From the human T2T-CHM13v2.0 reference genome, Homo sapiens, in the NCBI RefSeq assembly GCF_009914755.1, contig NC_060932.1: 64,000 bases of DNA. One strand, given 5' to 3'. A program made the translations under genes and the position numbers. Positions 1 through 12,577 of the stretch are shown here, piece after piece. The notes under the pieces are model-generated. The model had not been told where the DNA came from and searched no databases. It saw nothing but the letters and a program-made list of their open reading frames with translations. Within the stretch, counting starts at the first letter, position 1, and the number at the start of each line of letters is the position of its first letter.

Positions 1-1084
1 AGATGATCAATATTAACATAGAAGTTACCTAAACTCTCTGTGTCTTTTCCCTTACCTCAGGAAGTTCAAATACAATGTTGTAATTCAGCTCTTCTACTCT
101 TCCTGTCCTCTCAAATGAGACAACTTATACTGTGGTTGCTGAGGCTAAATAGAGGAGGAATTCAAATACATGGTTCTTCTACTTAAGATCATCTCCAGTT
201 GCATCAAATCATGACTTCTGGATGCAACCCAGTTGCCTCCATTTCATGAGAATGGTTTCCTTCCATAGACATTCTCTGCTGTTCCCCTATCATTGTCAAA
301 TCAATGTTTAATCAATTCCAGCCATTTCTTGCAAATCCACTGCAATCACATTTTATAAATCTACCTAGTGCTTGGTTTTCATGCGCCGCAGATAAATTAG
401 GTCCTTCTTGTTTTATCCTGAGCTATCAGTCTAGTAACATGCTCACAGCATGCAACCAGGAATAGGCATGATCTCCTTTTTGTGAGTCTAATCTGAGTGT
501 CCTTTACAAGTAAGAGGGGATAGTCTGAGAGTGGAAACAGCTCTTTTCAGGACCAGCTGGGTGATCCATGAGCATTTGAACAGATGGCCCATTTTTGTGG
601 GAAAGGATTCTGTATCCTACAAGCTAACACCCAACAGCTTCACTGAAAAAAAAAAAAAAAGCTTGAAGATAAGAAATCAATTCAAGAGGAACCCACATGT
701 TTGCTGTGTTGCCTCTGAACACACCCTGTATGTCAAGAGCTTAGCTTTATTCTGTAGACCACCTAGTCAGAATCATTGGGGAGGAAAATATTTGTTCAAA
801 CATAGTCCCTTTTGTCTGTGCTGGGCAATAGCACAATACATTCAGCAACCACCCTCTGAAAGCCAAGGCTTTGTCTCCAGTGGGGATTATGAAAACATGG
901 ATTTCTTGAGAAGTGCCTGCCCACCTGTGTTTAGATTTTAAATTTTAGGAAGATGCTTGACAGCCAGAAAAGAGGTGCTCAGGGAAAAGTCTGTTGAGAT
1001 TATAGAGACTTTTTGAAAGACCATTACCTCCTTTAAAATGATTAGAATAGAAGAGGAATTCTTGAAAACTGGCATGGAATATCG

Positions 1085-1475
1085 TATTAGATGGAACCTT
1101 GGAAGGTTTTATTTATCCCTTCTCTTTTAGCTTTCTGTCTAAGGCCTCAGAATGTAGTCTATTTTAGAAAATCTCCAAGGCAGGAAATTTTTCATAACCT
1201 TTCCCCTGTTAGTCATTTTTTTTAACTTCAACAAAAGCCTGCATCAGAAGCTTCTTGCTCGCTTATATGACCCTAACGCTCACTGCTGCAGTCCAAGCCT
1301 GGCTTCCTTTGCACTTTCTTTTGCTGTTCATATTCTTCACAGTGGGACCTGTCTTAGCTGAAGCCCATTATTAGGTCACTCCTTGGCCTCTTCTCTAAGG
1401 CTAAATAATGAGTTATTTTTTTTTCTCCTTTTTTGGTACATCATATTTTTTCAACCATTTAATGATTTTTGTTGT
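1085..1475 (-). mobile_element. L3/CR1 LINE 3' fragment, highly decayed
   Basis: Stretches such as CAGAAGCTTCTTGCTC..., CCTCTTCTCTAAGGCTAAATAAT and TTTTCAACCATTTAATGATTTTTGTTG resemble the antisense L3 3' end. Boundaries are approximate. Confidence 0.5.
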
Positions 1476-1989
1476 TGAAAATTTGGGGATTTCCTGTGTC
1501 TGGAAATGCATTAGGCCTCAAACTTTGTACCCCTAAGACTTTTCCTGCTACCTTTTAAAAGACACCAAGTAAAATTAAGACTAGGAGAAGACAGCTGCTG
1601 CAATTTTTAAAAAATCACAAAAGCAAAAAAAAAAAAAAAAAAACCAAAAACACCGAGTAGCTGTCTTTCTGGTTTTTGATTGAGCAAGATATTTGTAAAA
1701 TGAAGCATACTTTATTGTCAGATGGGCCTGTTGTTTACTGACAATTGACCAACATGAATGTGGTCAGGTTTAGATGAATATCTATACAACTCACATAATT
1801 TTTAATGAAGGGAGTTAAAAGCTAAGCATGCCAAGAAAATAAGTATGACTCAAAAGTGGCCCTTTCTTAGTATATTGGATGTATTATGGCTTCTAGTTAC
1901 CAAGGGCCTTTGAAGATGACTGGGCCATTATTTTAATACTTTTTAATATGCTTCTGGATTCAATTATTGCAGATTTTTACAATTATATT

Positions 1990-3385
1990 TGATCTCTAGT
2001 TAGTTTATAAGGAGGACACTATCTTTGTCAGGTTTTAATATCAAGATTGTGATAGCTTTGTAAGTAAATGTAGATATTTTCTATACTTTTTCTTTGCTTT
2101 AGAACAGTTGAAATAGAACAAGATCAATCTGACATCTAATGTTTGGTTGAACTCACTTGTAAAACTGTCTGAGCCCCTTGACTTCCAAAGGTAGGTTTTT
2201 GATAATTCTTGCTATAGTTTAACATATCACACATATGGAAGACTTTATTTATCTATGTTCAATCTAGAGAATAGTAATGGAAGGATTACACATGTTCTCA
2301 CCACTGAGTTGCAGAAACAGAACACTATCAGTGTCTTTGAAGGTCACTGTGTTCCCGTACCTGATCACCTCCTCCTCTCTGCCCTAACCCCCATTTGACA
2401 TAAACACAATGCTAACTTTGGTATACCATTGCTTTGCTTTTCTTCATAGTTATACCATCTTTGTATATATTATTACTGAAGATTATATTATTTAGTTTAG
2501 TTGAAATTTATATTATAGAATCATAATCTTCTACTTCTTTTGTCTTTTTTGGGTTTTTGTTTTTTGTTGCCTATTTTTGTTTTGAGATTCATTTATATTT
2601 AATAATGCATCACTAGGTCATTTTCAGTTCACTTTACTACTTTGTAATAGTCCATTGTATGACTATTCCACAATGTATCGATTCTACTGATGATGGACAT
2701 TTGTGTGTTTTCAGTTTGAGAACTTCTGAATGTGTCTGTATGACCGTTTTGGTCCATGTCTCCTGGTATTAGAATTCCTCTAATGTTTACACCAAGAGTG
2801 GAATTGTTGGATTGTGGAATGCCCATATGTTCAACTTTATAAGGATATGTCCAATTGTTTTCCCTTAATTATTTTAACAATTTTCTGCTTCTACCAGGAG
2901 TGGATAAGAATTCCTATTGCTCAGCCTCCTTGCCAAGATCTCATTTGTGTGATTTTAAATTTTTTGCCAGATAGTTGTAAAGTGGTATCTTATTAAGGAT
3001 TTAATTTACATTTACATTTCCCTGATTGGTAATGAAATTGGTCACCTTTTCAAATGCTTGCTGTCATTCATAATTTCTTTTCTGTGAAATGCCTCTTTAT
3101 GTGTTTTGCCTATTTGCTTTTTGGGTTGCTTGGCTTTTTTATTGATTTGTAAGAATTCTTTACCCATTTTGAATATAAATCATTTTGAGTTATATATATT
3201 GTAAATGTCTTCTTCTAATTTCTAGCAACTCCTCTCATTCTATGATTTCTCTTGATGAACATAAAGCCTTCATTTTATGATAGTTAAATTTATACATCTA
3301 CTATTCATGCTTTGAATTTTTATTCTATTTTTAAAATCTCCACACTGAAGATATAAAGATATTTTTCTCTGTTGCACTTAAAACT
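1990..3385 (-). mobile_element. Old L1M/L1ME fragments (ORF2 remnant and 3' end), antisense
   Basis: L1M-like antisense text such as GATGGACATTTG, GAGTGGAATTGTTGGATTG, TTTCCCTGATTGGTAATGAAATTG and TTCTGTGAAATGCCT. Confidence 0.7.
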
Positions 3386-3389
3386 ATCA

Positions 3390-3530
3390 TTATATTGTGT
3401 TTATTTATTTTCCATCTTCCCACCAGAATCTAAATTCAATTAAGGCTAGAATATTTGCTTGTTTTACTCATTTCGGTATCTCTAGCACATAGTGGGAACT
3501 CAATAAAAATTGTTGAAGGAAACCATGACT
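3390..3530 (+). mobile_element. L2 3' end
   Basis: CTAGCACATAGTGGGAACTCAATAAAAATTGTTGAA matches the L2 terminus. Confidence 0.6.
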
Positions 3531-5906
3531 GAATGCCAGAGAGGGTGAAATGTTCTTCAGTATCTTGCATTAGCTCATTTTCCTAAGAATGCACATCCTC
3601 TGAGGCTATTTCCTCTCCCTAGTCCTGCCATATTTTTCATATGTCTCATTTTCATCTCATAATCAGGTGGATCCATTTGGACTCAGTGTCTTCATATGCA
3701 CCAGTAACAGAGGGGCTTGTCCTCAGGCTGCTGTCTGCACATCTTTGATTTCGTCCATCTCCACTCTCAGACCTACAGCTGGCCTGCAGGTGGATGTATG
3801 CCGTTGTCATTCTGGTTCCTTCTCCTAGCAGGCTTTCATCCAGTGCATTTCTGTTCGACTGCGGTGTATTCTTCCCCTATTCCCAAGGCCCTCATTCCCA
3901 AGGTAGTCAGGGCTAATTTAGTCTGCCTCGCAAATAACAAACCCTACATTTCAAAGAACTAGAGTTCCCATTCTGCCTTTCTAGTTGTTTTGTTACAGCT
4001 GCTACTGCTGTTGTTGTTTTCAGAGTAACTTTTTACTCTATACTGCATTTGGAAAAGATGATGGTGAAAAGGAAGTTGGGGGAAAGGAATTGGTCAGTGC
4101 CTTGAGTGCCTCAGGATGCAGAACACAAGGGGTAGATGGGCAGGTGCCCACTTCTCTGTTGATTCTAGGCCATGCTTTTGCTCAAAGGAATCCAGATCTG
4201 GCAACAGAGGCAGTGAAGGGACTGTGCATTTTCCTAGCATTTATCAGGTGATATTTTTCATGAAACTGCAGTTTACTGCATTTCTGGGTAGTCTGTTTTT
4301 GTTTGTTTGTCTAACTCAGATCCAAGTTTATTATAACTAATGTTCTTTTATGCCTGACCCTGACATAAGGGAGATTTTCAGTAGCCTTGTGCATTGGTAT
4401 ATTTTTCTGGGTTATCTTTTGTGAGGTAACATTAAGGAATGCTAGCCACATTCCATTTTGAGTGAAACCTCCTGCACTGCTATTTTCTAAGTGTATGCAG
4501 AAGCTCATATATTTGGAAAATTCAAGTTCATTCAAATTGCTACTGAATTAGAAGTATCTTTTTGTCATTACCTAGTTTTAAATCAATAGATATTAAAATT
4601 ACTACTACTATTTCATTGTTGCCCCAGTTTTTTTTTCTGATTTAAAAAAATATACTAAAACAAGCTCTCATAATCCAGAGAATATGTAATCATTCTTCTA
4701 TAGCACTATACCAAAGACCTTATCCTATGGGATATCGCTTAGTTTCCTATCATTCAAAAACCATCTTTCCAATTTTTTAACTACCAGTTTAAGTAACAGT
4801 AAGTAGATTACAGAATGGAGAAAACATAAAGAAGTATGATCGTAAACAACTTCAATTTTTCTGAAAGAAATCTGAAGGATAAAATAATAGCTTCCTTGAC
4901 TTAGTTGTTCCTATATATTATCTGAGAAAAAGTTTATTGAAGCACATTTTTACACTTTTAATCCACTGGAACGTCACTGAGAAAATGTTCTGAGAGTCAT
5001 AAGAATGTTGACTAATTGGGCTGTTTGTCCCACATGGGATTACACCACTACTTTCTGAATCAGAAGTTCCTGCTATTGCAACATGAATTATTCTTTATTT
5101 TTTATTTTTCCCTCTTAGAAACAATCCATTTGGGTTCATTACATAGCCATTTGTTAGTTTGGGGGATTGTGCTTGTTTGTAACTACAATGAAGTCATACT
5201 AGACTGGGTCCGTATGTAAGTCAGTGGGAGATCGTGCAGCTGCTCAGTGAATCATTCAGTGCAAAGGGTCACCCTAATATTTTAACCCCAAAGTCCTGCT
5301 TTCCCAAAGTCATGGGTAATTTTTATTTTAATCATCAAGAAGATTGGTTCAACTTTGGTTTACTTAGTACATGTTGCACATACATATCAATCTGTAAAAC
5401 TTCTAAAAAAATTATATTGAAGTATAATATTCTCAGAGAAAGTGCACGAATCCTAAGTGTATATGGTGAACTTTTACAAACTGAGTACACCTGTGTAACT
5501 GCTACCCAGATCAGAAAACAGAACATGACCAGCACCCCAAAAGGTTTCCTCTACCCCCTTTTTGTCACAAACCCTCCTCACCAAGAGTAATCACTCTCCT
5601 GTTTTGCGTGTTTTTATACTTTATATAAATGGATTTATACATCATGTGTTATTTTGTATCTGGCTTCTTTCATTCTTCATTATGTTTATGAGACTCATAC
5701 AATTTTATCATGAATTGTGTTTTTTCATTTTCCATTTCTATATTATTGCTATGGAGTGTCCTATTGATAAATACAACACAGTTTATTCATTCTATTGTCA
5801 GCAGACATTTCATGAGTTTTCTTTCTTTTTTTTTTTTTAGAAGGGTTAGGCCTATTATGAATACTCTGTTATGAACATTCCAGTACATCTTTTTTGGTTA
5901 AAGTAT

Positions 5907-5931
5907 ACACACACACACACACACACACACA
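5907..5931. repeat. (AC)12 microsatellite
   Basis: Read directly from the sequence. Confidence 0.95.
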
Positions 5932-6337
5932 TCCTGTTGGATATATAACGAGGAGTAGCATTGCTGGGTCATAGTTTTGTGTATGTTCAGATTTAATAGA
6001 TAAGCCAGTTTTTCCAGGTGGTTGAATGTACTTACACTAGCAATGTACAAGAGTTCCAGTTGCTCTACCTCCTCACCAATATTTGGCATATTTTGTCTTT
6101 TTCATTTTAGCCATCTGGTTCAATATGTATTGAATGTGGTTTAATTTATATTTCCCTAATGATAATGAAGCTGAGTATCGTTTTTATGATTATTAGTAAT
6201 TTGCATATCTTTCTTTGTGAATTGTCTGTTCATATACATATATATATATGCTGAATATTTTCTGTTTTTCTGTGGGTTACCTTTTCACTCTCTTAGTGGG
6301 GTCTTTTGATGACTAGCTTTCCTAGTTTAAAAAAAAA

Positions 6338-6426
6338 CACTCTCACATATTAAAGATCTTAGTAAATATTTAGAAAATTGTTAACCAATGTGTGAGGATC
6401 TCAGTAGTGACATGTTTAACTCAAAA
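6338..6426 (+). repeat. Non-tandem direct copy of 7735-7820 (last 24 nt of the CPQ exon, donor site and first 62 nt of intron)
   Basis: Manual alignment shows 3 substitutions and one 3-nt indel over 86/89 bp. Confidence 0.95.
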
Positions 6427-6968
6427 TGTAATTTATTATTTTTTTCTTTTATGGCTTATAATTTTTGTGTCCAGTTTAAGATATCTTTGCCTACTCCAAA
6501 TTGGTGAAGTTATTCTATGCCTTCCTCTAAAATCTGTGTTTAGATATGTAATTCATCTGACTACATATTTGTATGTTTTATAATGATCAAGATACATTTT
6601 TTTTCAAACCAATATTCTATATACCCCAGCATCACTTTACTTGGTTTATAACTTGTTTGAAATGTGTCCACAAAATTTAGTTTCAGTGAATTTTTAAATA
6701 TTTTCTTATAATTACTAATATTTCCTAAGAAGAATTTTAAACCTGTGATGATTTCAAATGTGTAATATAATTTCTAGATTTATTTAATACTAATGTCAGT
6801 TGAAATTTCCCTTAAAAGTTCTCCTGTTCAATTGGATCTAGTTTTGAAATCCAGCTATTTATTTATTCAACATCAATCTATAATGCATAAAACAATTTTT
6901 TAAATAAATTATTGTTCTCATTTTCTCATTTAAATCAATTCAACACATGTTTATTACGTTTCTTCTAG

Positions 6969-7380
<412 letters not shown>

Positions 7381-7609
7381 AAGCCAATTTCTTTAGTAGT
7401 CAAAATTATATTAATAAAGAAAGGTACAAAGTGAGGATTTTTATTACTATTAGGATAGACTTAGACCCCTTATACAATTCCTCAATACCAAGTTTTCCAC
7501 TAATAATGACACATATCTTTAAAGACATAAAAATAGGAAAGAAAATATAAAAGTTTCATTTTTATATTTTGAATACCTATAAATGTTTACTCTTTGATGT
7601 CATTTTTGC

Positions 7610-7646
7610 TTAGTTTTATTTTTTAACTTTTTATTATTTGTTCTAG
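7610..7646 (+). promoter_or_regulatory. CPQ: 3' splice site of the CPQ exon (U-rich tract, candidate branch point, TAG acceptor)
   Basis: TTTTATTTTTTAACTTTTTATTATTTGTTCTAG has its AG at 7645-7646. The candidate branch A lies in TTTAAC at ~7626. Confidence 0.8.
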
Positions 7647-7758
7647 GTTGTACTGGTCAGTGGACATCTGGACAGCTGGGATGTTGGGCAGGGTGCCATG
7701 GATGATGGCGGTGGAGCCTTTATATCATGGGAAGCACTCTCACTTATTAAAGATCTTG
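7647..7758 (+). CDS. CPQ: Internal coding exon (probably exon 5) of carboxypeptidase Q / plasma glutamate carboxypeptidase, an M28 metallopeptidase; phase 0 start, phase 1 end
   Basis: Bounded by ttctag|GTT and TTG|gtaaat. The 112 nt are 37 codons plus 1 and read [38 protein letters not shown], with the M28 zinc-ligand motifs HxDS and GAxDD. Recognised from memory as CPQ. Confidence 0.96.
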
Positions 7759-8218
7759 GTAAATATTTAGAAAATTGTTAACTAATGTGTGAGGATCTCA
7801 GTGACATGTTTAACTCAAAACACAAAATACTTAACAGATTAGTTACTATGGTATGTTCAAAGATCCTCTTGAGGTCAGTTGATTCCCAGAAAAGAAACAA
7901 CTTATGCTCTTAAAGAAATTTTTATTCATGTGTACGCCAGACATCTAAAGTGTCAAATGTTATTATCAGCCACTGGGGAAAATGAACAAGCAAATAAAAC
8001 TGAAGCAAATGTAACCACACCAGCTAAAGAATATGCAAGGAAAATATGATGAAATGCAAAGAAAAATCAGCAGCACCTCCTACTTCCTTTCCCTTATTCA
8101 TCTTAACACATTATCAGACTATTAGGACAATGGATAAAGGCTGGTCGTCTTTCCATCATAGAAATAAAAGAGTAACCTAGATAGAAAGAATGATTTCCAT
8201 AGCCACAATAAGGAATCC

Positions 8219-8410
8219 AGGCAGATAATTCTTTGTTGCAAGGTCTGTCCCATGCATGATAGGATGTTTTGCAGCATCCCTGACCTCTTCCCACTAGAAG
8301 CCAGTAGCACCCTCCCCTAACCTCAAGTTATGATAACAAAAATGTCTCCAGACATTGCCAGATGTCCCCTGGGGGGCCAGGGAAGCAGTTGCCCCATTTT
8401 GAGAACCACT
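8219..8410 (-). mobile_element. MER20 (hAT-Charlie DNA transposon)
   Basis: AAAATGTCTCCAGACATTGCCAGATGTCCCCTGGGGGG...TTGAGAACCACT is the reverse complement of the MER20 5' end. Confidence 0.88.
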
Positions 8411-8982
8411 AATATAAACTAATAAAAATATCTAGGTAACCTGAATACAGGGTCATTTTGTTAAAGAAAACAAACTAATTGGAAATCTTACATTGTATAT
8501 ACACTTTTACCATAATTACCATACATGACAGAAAATATTTTGACCACCTACTTTGCTTTTTATAAAGCACTTTGTAAAAGCTGGGCATATAGGTTTAAAG
8601 GATGTCCCCTGTTCTTAAGACTCTTAGAATGGAGTGGGTAACCTTCACACATACATACACACATAGTTATCAATATAGACATAATTTCAACATCTAATTT
8701 TAGAATTGGGGAAGGTTTGAGAGAGAAGTTATCCAGCAAATAAAACTGAAAATCACACATTCCTTCACAGAAAATCTGGGAGACGCTATGTTAATTCTCT
8801 CCTCCTCTTCTCTTAAAAATATTCCCTTGGCTATCTCTTCTTTCTGTTTCTCATATCATTCCAGAAAGAAGTGGGTTCTAGAGGAAAGCAGGAAAAAGTC
8901 GAACATTTTTCCTCTTCAAAAATCACCGATAATGATTTTGGACATTAATTTTATTTCAGTATGTTCAATCAGCTTGATTGGA

Positions 8983-9115
8983 AGCACAGTGGTGGAGTAA
9001 AAAGAGAAATTTTCTTTAGACCCATTTGAATTGGACTTTAGGTCACTTTACTATATTTTGGTCCTTAAGCAAGTCATTTGAATGCTCTGGACTTCATTTT
9101 TCTCATCTCTATTAA
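8983..9115 (+). mobile_element. MIR fragment
   Basis: CCTTAAGCAAGTCATTTGAATGCTCTGGACTTCATTTTTCTCATCT resembles the MIR core. Confidence 0.55.
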
Positions 9116-9454
9116 ACTGTAAGCTTCAGAGTATTTCATTTGCTCTAGATTGGAATAAAAATTGTATCTTCTTTAAGCTTTGAATCTTACTTCTTCGGTA
9201 TTCAGCATGGGACCCTAAATCACTGTTAATTGAATTGAATTCAGTTGCATGGACAAATGTTAAATACCATGCAAAAGTGAATTGAGTATCTTTTACCAGT
9301 TCTCAAAGTACATCGACTTCAGTTGCTTTTGATAGCTAGTGACCAGTCTCTTTAATTTGGGACTTAAATCTCCAAAAGATTTCTGAAAGTCTATGTAAAG
9401 ATATGAATAGAACTCTAAAATAAAGAGTAATATTTCTTTTGAGTAGGCATTATG

Positions 9455-9705
9455 AGGCACCATAGTATACTGTTAAAAACATAGGATTCTGGAGCCAGAC
9501 TGCCAGGGTTCAAATCTCAGCTCTGCAGTCTGCTAGGTGTGTGGCCTTAGGCAAGTTACTTTGCCTCTCTGTGCCTCAATTTTCTCATCTGTGAAATGGG
9601 ATAATAATAGTTCCTATCTCATAAAGTTGCTTTGAAAATTAAATAAGCAGAGTATACTTAGAACATGGGCTGGCCCAACCCAAGTTATCAATAAATGTTA
9701 ACTTT
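9455..9705 (+). mobile_element. MIR
   Basis: GGAGCCAGACTGCCAGGGTTCAAATCTCAGCTCTG...GGCAAGTTAC...CTCTGTGCCTCAATTTTCTCATCTGTGAAATGGGATAATAATAG. Confidence 0.88.
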
Positions 9706-11009
9706 TATAACTTAACTTAATAAGCATGATTCTGACAGTACCATTTTTTTAATATAAAGAAGATGATAATTTAGTTTACCTCCATCCCCATTAGTGATTG
9801 CTTTGCCTCCTAACTTTTAGTATATTAGCTATACTAATGTAACTTTAGGGCCAGTTGCTATGTATCCCTAAAATATCCTTTCCCTTTACTACTTAAGTCA
9901 CCATCCCTTGTATGATAGAAACCCAGTGACCCCTCCACTTTTTTTCATTTCACACTAAATTTTTAGAAGTCTTAAATTTCTCCTGGTTACTTCTATATCC
10001 TGCTTATGTTTAATGCCCAGTATCTACTCTGCACCTCACTTTCCATGATTGCACCCATTGAGTCTTACTCTTTAATTTTGAAATTGTGGATTTCTATTTG
10101 TAGATTGCCTATGTATTTTAACATGAAGAGCTAGGTTCAGCATGTGATGTGTATGAATTCTGGATGAAAATTGCTGATATACTTGAACTAGAAATATGCC
10201 CTTGGGCTTGAGGCCAAGAAATAGGTTCATAATTATATTACTTAATTACATGGAATCCAATCTGTTTAATTGGTAAAATGTGAAAGCTCTGTGGCAATCT
10301 CTTTTTCCAAGAAAAATGAGACTCCTTTTGGATGCTATTCCTTGGATGATGTGTCATGCAGCATGTCAGAGTCCCTCAGTGGAGCGTGTTAACTTGAAGA
10401 GCTGGTCCAGTGGGGATCTCTGATATTTGGAAATATTTTTCTAAGATTCATCCTTCTGGTATCTTCTTCTTTGTCTTCCCCTCTCACCACTCTTATAGAT
10501 TCACTTTTTTGCTCAAGCCTTCAGCTTAAATTATATTCAATTAATCTAACAGAAGAGTTATTTGTGCTTTGTAAATATAATCAGTCTTTCCCGAGTAACT
10601 GTCTACAGAAGGCTGTTTGCTGTGAAGCGTCGTTGAATACTTTTCTGTGTCTGTGGTTTACTGGACTTGAAACTGTTTATTTGAAATGTTATTTTCTGGA
10701 ATGTTCTGGTGTCAGTGGACAAAGCCTATGGCCAATGATGCTCCAAAATGCTCATTTGGCACTTAGAAAATAAACTACCATCCATCCCAAATTCTTCCAA
10801 CTGTATCATTTTCTATGAAGTTAGAATTTTGAGTTTCCAGGTCTAAAGAAATGAAAGATATGAGAATTAACAGTATTACCTGGTTGTTGGAATGTGGAAT
10901 ATATAAGAAACATTTTTCCAGAAAAAATGTAAATGTTGAGCCTCCTGACTGTGATTACTATAGAGCTTGAAAGTCTATGTCTTAGAAAAATATTTTATTG
11001 GTATGTTTC

Positions 11010-11345
11010 TTCATTCATTCACTCAACAAATACTTGTGCATTGACTGCTGGTTCATGTATCAGATGCCTTGCACTAAAGAGGAAAGAGAAATGGCCCTTT
11101 AAGTCCTTGAAGTAGGAGAGACATTTAATTCAAAAATTGCAATGAAATTGTGGTAAGTTCTCTGAATGTAGGATGTACAAATTACTTTGGGCACCTGGTA
11201 AAGAAACAGACCAACATGGCTTGGCTGGGTCAGAGCAACTTCACTAAGATGTTATTTGAACTTTCTTTCATAAAGATAAATAGAAATTCCTGAGATGAAC
11301 AGTGCAGAATGAAGTATTCCCAGCAGAGTACAGAGCTTCCAGTTC
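11010..11345 (-). mobile_element. L2 fragment
   Basis: Starts with TCATTCATTCACTCAACAAATACTTG (antisense L2 terminus), followed by L2-like purine-rich sequence. Confidence 0.6.
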
Positions 11346-12049
11346 TGTGTGTCATTAAAAATGAGAAGAAAATTGTTGACAGTAGCAGTCTTGGGATTAT
11401 AGGGGGAGACAGGAGTTGTGGAATTACAGGAGAGGTTCACTTTTTACCTGATATATTTGTATAATGTTAGATTTTTGTGTAATAAGTATGTGTTACTTCA
11501 GTAATCAAGAAAAAGCTATCAAATACTCCTCTACCCCTACTCCCAAAAAAGAAATTAAAAAGAAAAGAAAGAGTTTTGGTATTGTCATTATCATAAACAC
11601 CCTGTTAACAGAAACAACACAGCAGAGGTAAGGAGTTGGAAGAGTTGTCCAGGAGTCACCAAGCCTCCCTGGCCCAGAATACAACCATGAAGACAGCCAA
11701 AGGCATGCCAGGGCTTTGATGCAAGTTCCACTGTAGCTAGAGCCTTATGCAGCCATTTCCAATGCAGTGGGTTCTCTCTTAGAAATGGGGACCCATCTGG
11801 GAAGAAGGTTTTCTTCCCTAAGGCTCTGGTCAAGACTGTCTTGGAAAAGCCCCAGGAAATGTAATTCAGAGTAACAGAGAAGAAAATGAACAGCCTCCAG
11901 TGAAATGGAAGCCTAAAGGGTAGAGCTAGAGATGGCTGGTGTCCTGAAACGAATCTGGGACTAGCCCAGACCTACAAAAGATATCTCCTTTGGAAAGGAC
12001 CTCCCCACTGGGTTTAGCCATACCGCTGGGTATAATAAAAATATTGAGA

Positions 12050-12577
<528 letters not shown>

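Larger units (their letters stand above)
5420..6640 (-). mobile_element. L1M (ME/MD/MC-type) 3' portion, antisense; interrupted by an (AC)n tract and a copy of the CPQ exon end
   Basis: CACCTGTGTAACTGCTACCCAGATCAGAAAACAGAACATGACCAGCACCCC, GTTCCAGTTGCTCTACCTCCTCACCAATATTTGG and ATATCTTTGCCTACTCCAA are L1M 3' antisense motifs. Confidence 0.75.

Noticed and set aside
531-941. 136-aa ORF in non-L1 sequence
   Set aside because: GTG start, a poly-A-derived Lys run, no recognisable domain and no splice context. Consistent with a chance intronic ORF.
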